In this document: positions 59,181-64,000 of the stretch, in pieces | How positions within the stretch are numbered: position 1 is the stretch's first letter | Layout of the letters: every line of letters starts with the position of its first letter | DNA from: the human T2T-CHM13v2.0 reference genome, Homo sapiens | Direction of reading: 5' to 3' | DNA length: 64,000 nt | Assembly: GCA_009914755.4 (NCBI GenBank) | Contig: CP086569.2 | Location: 2,624,001-2,688,000, forward strand | Position numbers and translations under genes: made by a program | Notes under the pieces: model-generated | What the model saw: the letters and a program-made list of their open reading frames with translations, nothing else | Told to the model about the DNA's origin: nothing | The model's database searches: none

Positions 59181-62100
59181 GGAGAAGAAAAACAAGTTCT
59201 TTTCAATCTCTCCCTGAAATTCTCTCCCCATGCCATCATTCTTTGTTCTGCTTGTATAACTATTTTTGTAACTACTTCTGCAAGTTTGCAAGGATTTTGT
59301 AAGGTCCTGTTTTTCCCATCTGTGCAGGATGGCAAAGGTCACAAGACATGCCTGAGTTACAAGACCTGTCACAGTTTGATTAACTGCGTTTGTTCTGCTT
59401 CTGTAAGCTTGCTTTCCCCACCCCACAAGTTTTGCACCACAGGCCAACACCCTTTGGTCTCATGAATAAAAGTCAAGCCCTTTCTTTGTTCATTGCTCAG
59501 CCTCTGGGTATTAATCTGCTGAGCTGGTGGCCACCTAAATACAATCGTCCTGTTCCCCTCACTGGTCTCTCCAGTGTCCTGATTCCCACAACAGTGTCCT
59601 GATTCCCACAACACTGACAATCAAGGCAACATAATGCTGTTGACTGAAGGCATGTCCTAATTATAAACCTTTATTGTCAGGGTATCCAACTATAAACCTT
59701 TATTGTCAGAGTATCCAACTGTTAAAAAACTTAAAAAATCCCAGGCAAACCAGGAAGAGCTGGCTTTCCTAGCCAGCTTGCACCATCTTATCCAAGTATC
59801 TGTTGCAATATGCTAGGAATTAATGAAAGTTTTTATGAAAATTTCTACATCTCCTTGGCCTGATATAAGATATCCCATTGATCCCTATTTCCCTCTGGAT
59901 CATGACTTTTCTCTAATTGGCCACTTATTGGGATGGGCAGGTGGTGGCCATTGGTCACTTAGTTTGGCTGCTCAGAATCTAAAATTCCCTATATTTCAGG
60001 AATTCCTCAAGTTATATGGCAGAGTGTATCACCTTTCTTTGTAGAACCTCAGCATACTAGGTTCCCTTACAATTGGAGTGGTGGTATCTAACCAGGCTCT
60101 GCCAATCAGTGCTTGTACTGGAGGCTGAATTGGAAATAGGGATACAGAGTCTGGAATTTCGAGAAAGTTGTGCTGGTGAGGATGGAGACAGCCAGCAGAG
60201 GCCTATCAGAGTTAGAGGGAACAGTGTGCCCAAAAGTTCTAGAGTCAGCATCAGAACTCAGTGTCAGTGTTTGTAACATCGTGTGTCTGTAATGAGAGCA
60301 GGGACCACTAAACTAACTCTCTACAATTATTCTGGACATTGTTCCTGGTTACTTCACTTCCAGTCTTCATTCCCTCATCCTTCCAAAAGCTTATATTTTG
60401 TTACAGCCCCTCTGCTAAATCAAATAGAGTTGTTTTTTGTTATTTAGAAATGTATTCAATATATCCCCTTGACTAAGATATGGTCTCTACCTGCAACCAT
60501 GTGACATAGAAAAACTGGGTAATTTAAGAATTTAATAAATGGACTATTTACAAAAATGAGCAGATTTGTGGGAAACTAATGAGATATAATGCAACATCCA
60601 ATGTTAGGAACATTGGGGAGTACTCATCAGTTCAGACTACGGTGAAAGTGTTGGGAGGCTTTTTTGCTTCATTTCTCAGCATTCCCACATGGTCCACAAA
60701 CAATCCACCTTGACAGCTAGAGATGAAAGATAGGAAATGCCATTCTCCCCTTAGAAGCATGCCAATATCCTAAAGCCTTCCCCTTTCTGTCACAGGAGAC
60801 ATTGGCTTACTTTCCAGTGTTACCAACCTGGAGACCCTTTCCCCTCAACACTTAAGGAGTTTTGCTAGCATTTCATTGAAAAAGTTCTCCCTCTGGAGGG
60901 GAGGATGGGAAGATCATTAGTAGCCTTGATAAAAAAAACCAGTCCCCTAACTGAGGGTTTCTCTCCTGTAATGCAACCCACCACAAGCTAGGTGAATACT
61001 TGGGCCTCAGCATGATATGTGTGAATGGAGGTATTTTGTATGAACTTAAGAGATTGCTCAGGCTGCTGCTTTTTGCTGTAAACAGTAAACAATCTTTGTC
61101 TTTGACCAGGTCTCTAGTCTCTTTGGTCAGGATATGAATATAATCACCTTATCTGTTGTCAGGAAGGCAAAATCTCTTGTCCTCCACAGTTCCTGACTTC
61201 TCAGGATAAGCATAGCCAAGGAAGAAAACTGTACTGACAGGAGCTTACTCCCTTCACAAGAGAGGAGCCAAGGCAATAAATACCACCTGCCTTTTATCAC
61301 CTTCTAAACTGCCCATTGGCTGACTCCACCTGGAAACCAAAGGGAATGGGAGCACCTTACACAGTCCATAGAGGTCACTTTCTCAGGCACACAGCAAGGT
61401 AAAGATAGGAGGAGAATTGATGATGAGGAGCACAGTAAAGGCATTGAGCACAGTGAATAGTTTTATGGTTTGTACATTGCTTCTCTTGAACTGCTGCTCA
61501 TGTTTCCCTTCATAAATGTGCTGTGTTAAATATTAATGTTTTTGTGTTTGTTGAGATTTTCTTTGCATACTTTACCTGGTCCATTATTTGCCAGTGTTCT
61601 ATAAATGTATTGACTAATGGTTTACTGATTTGTTTATATGTCTCAAAACAACTATAACAGTGGGTAATGAGAGCAGGGAGGGGGCACTGAGTAAAAGCAT
61701 GATGGAACCAAAATACTACACAATAACAATATACAGGAGAATTGGCATTGTTATTGCTACAGGATTCTTAGGGTGTCACTTTACCAACCAGAAACCTCTG
61801 TGACTGGTGACGCATCTGCTTGGGTTTTTCTTGGGCCTGCTGGGCCCAAGTGAGCTTGTTCCACTCACTTGGTGAAGCAACCAGCCTGGATTCCATGTCT
61901 GCCAAGGGCAAGCCAGATGTGCAGCAATGAGAGGTCTGCAAGTGAGGTCTGGCCACTGTGCACTGCCAGGCATGCCAGCTGTGGTGAGGTGGGCAACTCC
62001 AAGTGCTAACATAGGTGCTAGCTCTGTGTGAGGCTGCAGCTGGACCAGGCATACTGCAAGTGGCTTCCACTATGGGTACCGGGTAATGCAGTTGTGCCCA

Positions 62101-62383
62101 GAAGCTTGGAAATGCTAGGAACCATAGAGCCTCAAAGGTGTCACAACCCTGGCTTGGGGAGGCCCTAGGTTTGGGCTCCCTGAAAGTCAACAACTCTTTT
62201 CTTCTTCTTGTCACTCACAAGGTGTCAAGTGGAGGGTATGTTTCAGCCTTGTTTGTGTTACAGCTCTTTCAGTCCCACCATTCTGTGGTCCTGAGCTCTG
62301 GTCCTGCATCCAGGAAGAATGACGTATGTGGAAAACTGGAGCGTGAGCAAGGCAAAGAGGGGGTTCATTGAGCAACAGAACAG

Positions 62384-62570
62384 CTCTCAGGAGACCTGCA
62401 GTGGGTAGCTCCTTTCTGCAGGCTGGTTGTCCCAATGAGTGTCCACCTTTCAGCAGAAAGGAGACCTGCAGTGGGTAGCTCCTTTCTGCAAGCAGGTTGT
62501 CCTGACAAGTCAAGGAGACCTGAATTGGGTCACTGCTTCCCACAGCTGGTAGTCCCACAGTCTGTGTAAG
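62384..62570. repeat. three tandem copies of a ~55-75 bp unit (ggagacctgcagtgggtagctcctttctgca(g/a)gc(t/a)ggttgtcc...)
   Basis: direct repeats starting at 62384, 62460 and 62513, each successive copy more diverged. Confidence 0.75.
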
Positions 62571-63347
62571 TCTGGCTGTCTGAGGTTTTTATGGACTTCA
62601 GAAGGCAGGAAGTGTGTGCTGACTCGTCCAAGGGCAGCCATGTGCAGGCCTGGAAAAAGCACCATAAGTTTTCACTCAGGGCCAAGGACTTCACCTGGAA
62701 CTGACAGCCTTCAGGATGGCTTGAAGCAGGGCCTCTCCAGGGAACCAACCCTTTATGCCCAGGAGCCATCTGCCTATTGTTGCCATCAACTTGGCATCCA
62801 TAGTGCCCAGGCTGTTCATGCCAAGCAGTGCTGGCAGGCCTGTGCCAAATGACCCTCAGCACCCCCTCAGCTCCACTCCTGTGGTCATGGGCGCCCAAAG
62901 TCTGGAGGGGGATGAGGCGGCAGGGGGCTGGTGTGTCAGCACCACCCTGAGCACGTGCAACCTCCTGGCTGGGTTGTGATAGCACCTGGGCTTGGCCACA
63001 ATGTTGCTCCACACTCGGAGCAACCAGGAGTTGAGAAAGGCCAGGCAGTGGCACCAAGCTCTTTCAAGCCTGCAGAGGCAAGGGGGCTTCCTGGGCTTCA
63101 AAAAGCACAGGGATACCAAGTCTGCAGCCACTGCTGGGCAGCTGCAGCTAAGCATGGGACTCCTGCCCCACCAACTTGGAAGGGGACAGGGCTCCTGCCT
63201 GTTCCCAGCTCCTGACGGCTCCTGAACATGCAGCCCTGGCCACGCCTCCCCTGCTGCAGCGTCCCCACAGTGGCTGCTCCAAACAGGTTGCCACCATCAT
63301 TATAAGTCAGAATGCTCTTGGCTGCAAGTATTACGGATCATAACTTG

Positions 63348-63475
63348 GCTGGGTGTGGTGCCTCATATCTATAATCTGCTTTGGGAGGCCAATGCAAGAG
63401 GATTGCTTGAGGACAGGAGCTTGAAACCAGCCTGGGCAACATATAATAGTAATACCCTGAGTCTATACACATATG
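63348..63475 (+). mobile_element. Alu left-monomer fragment (FLAM-like)
   Basis: ggctgggtgtggtgcctcatatctataatctgctttgggaggccaatgcaagaggattgcttgaggacaggagcttgaaaccagcctgggcaacat. Confidence 0.65.
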
Positions 63476-64000
63476 AAAAATAAAAGCACACTCACACACT
63501 CAAAATGGAAGACATGGCTCAACAGACCAAACAATAAGAAAACTTTTAATAGGAACTCCAGATGTAGTTATCTTCAAGGTTAGTTGCATATTTGATGTTT
63601 GTTGAATCAACATATTGGGAACAATACATTTATAGCAGTTCCACATGTCTCATCCAAATTTGGCAATTGGGAGAAAAAAGATAAATAACATTTTCCTATG
63701 GCTTTCTCTTAAAGAAGAAGAAACTTTTTCTCACAGTCCTTCTGTAAGGCTGCTTATCGTGTATCAATGGCTAGTGTTGGATCACACAGCTTTTCCTGGA
63801 AATACTGTTAACATAACTAACCATTACCAACCCCAACAAGTTAATGACATTATGCATAACTAGGTTGACTCCCATAACAAGAGATGGAGTTAGCTTTTCC
63901 TTCAGAAAAGCAAAGCAAAACAAAATATACACACATGATATGCAGTGAAGGTGTTGGTACTTCAACAAATTTAAAGTATCTTTGGTACAAGGGATAAGTA

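Larger units (their letters stand above)
55630..59625 (+). mobile_element. internally deleted class-I (gamma-like) endogenous retrovirus provirus: 5'LTR ~55632-56154, leader/PBS region, degraded gag (56831-58401), pol remnant (58775-59180), PPT agggagaagaaaaa, 3'LTR ~59185-59612; family not assigned
   Basis: ~420 bp near-identical direct repeats (55740-56150 vs 59190-59600) containing AATAAA (catgaataaaagtcaagccc); gag MA start MGGKLLKPTPLECMLNNFKKDYVGDYGIKLTPRG; CA-like ...FYERLYEAFQ...; single CCHC zinc knuckle CVGCKKKGHWKNEC; RT N-terminus GTNEYRLVQDL directly followed by IN C-terminus ...TGYSPYEILFGRPLPII. Confidence 0.8.

Noticed and set aside
61768-63225. Several 100-175 aa ORFs on both strands (e.g. 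62530-63057 minus, 61768-62214 minus)
   Set aside because: They overlap each other in multiple frames within a GC-richer repeat-like block that contains tandem repeats. There is no recognisable domain, no splice-consistent structure and no coding periodicity visible by eye.

Overview
This window is primate, almost certainly human, genomic DNA. It is not a prokaryotic or accessory-genome region, and it contains no defence-system-like or operon-like architecture. The only gene is the Y-linked zinc-finger transcription factor ZFY on the + strand. Its full 801-codon CDS can be rebuilt from seven coding exons: 7100-7160, 14236-14808, 28257-28406, 28673-28816, 29832-29984, 31102-31242 and 31972-33155. 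All splice junctions are canonical GT-AG. A long AT-rich 3'UTR follows; the promoter and 5'UTR exons lie upstream, outside the window or unrecognised within it. The remaining ~55% of the window is interspersed repeat. There are about 45 Alu copies or fragments, several of them young with intact target-site duplications. There are multiple L1 3'-end and ORF2 fragments, including a ~4.5 kb minus-strand L1 carrying three nested Alu insertions. There is also a MIR, a MaLR-type LTR, an LTR12 (HERV9-type) LTR with its CCAAT-box tandem array, and several microsatellites. A ~4 kb internally deleted class-I (gamma-like) endogenous retrovirus lies at 55.6-59.6 kb, with both LTRs, a degraded gag and a pol remnant in which RT N-terminal sequence lies directly next to IN C-terminal sequence. 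I find nothing resembling a novel biological system. The most interesting points are structural: the all-symmetric 3n exon set of ZFY, inverted Alu pairs bracketing its small exons, the LTR12 promoter-like element downstream, and the deleted provirus.
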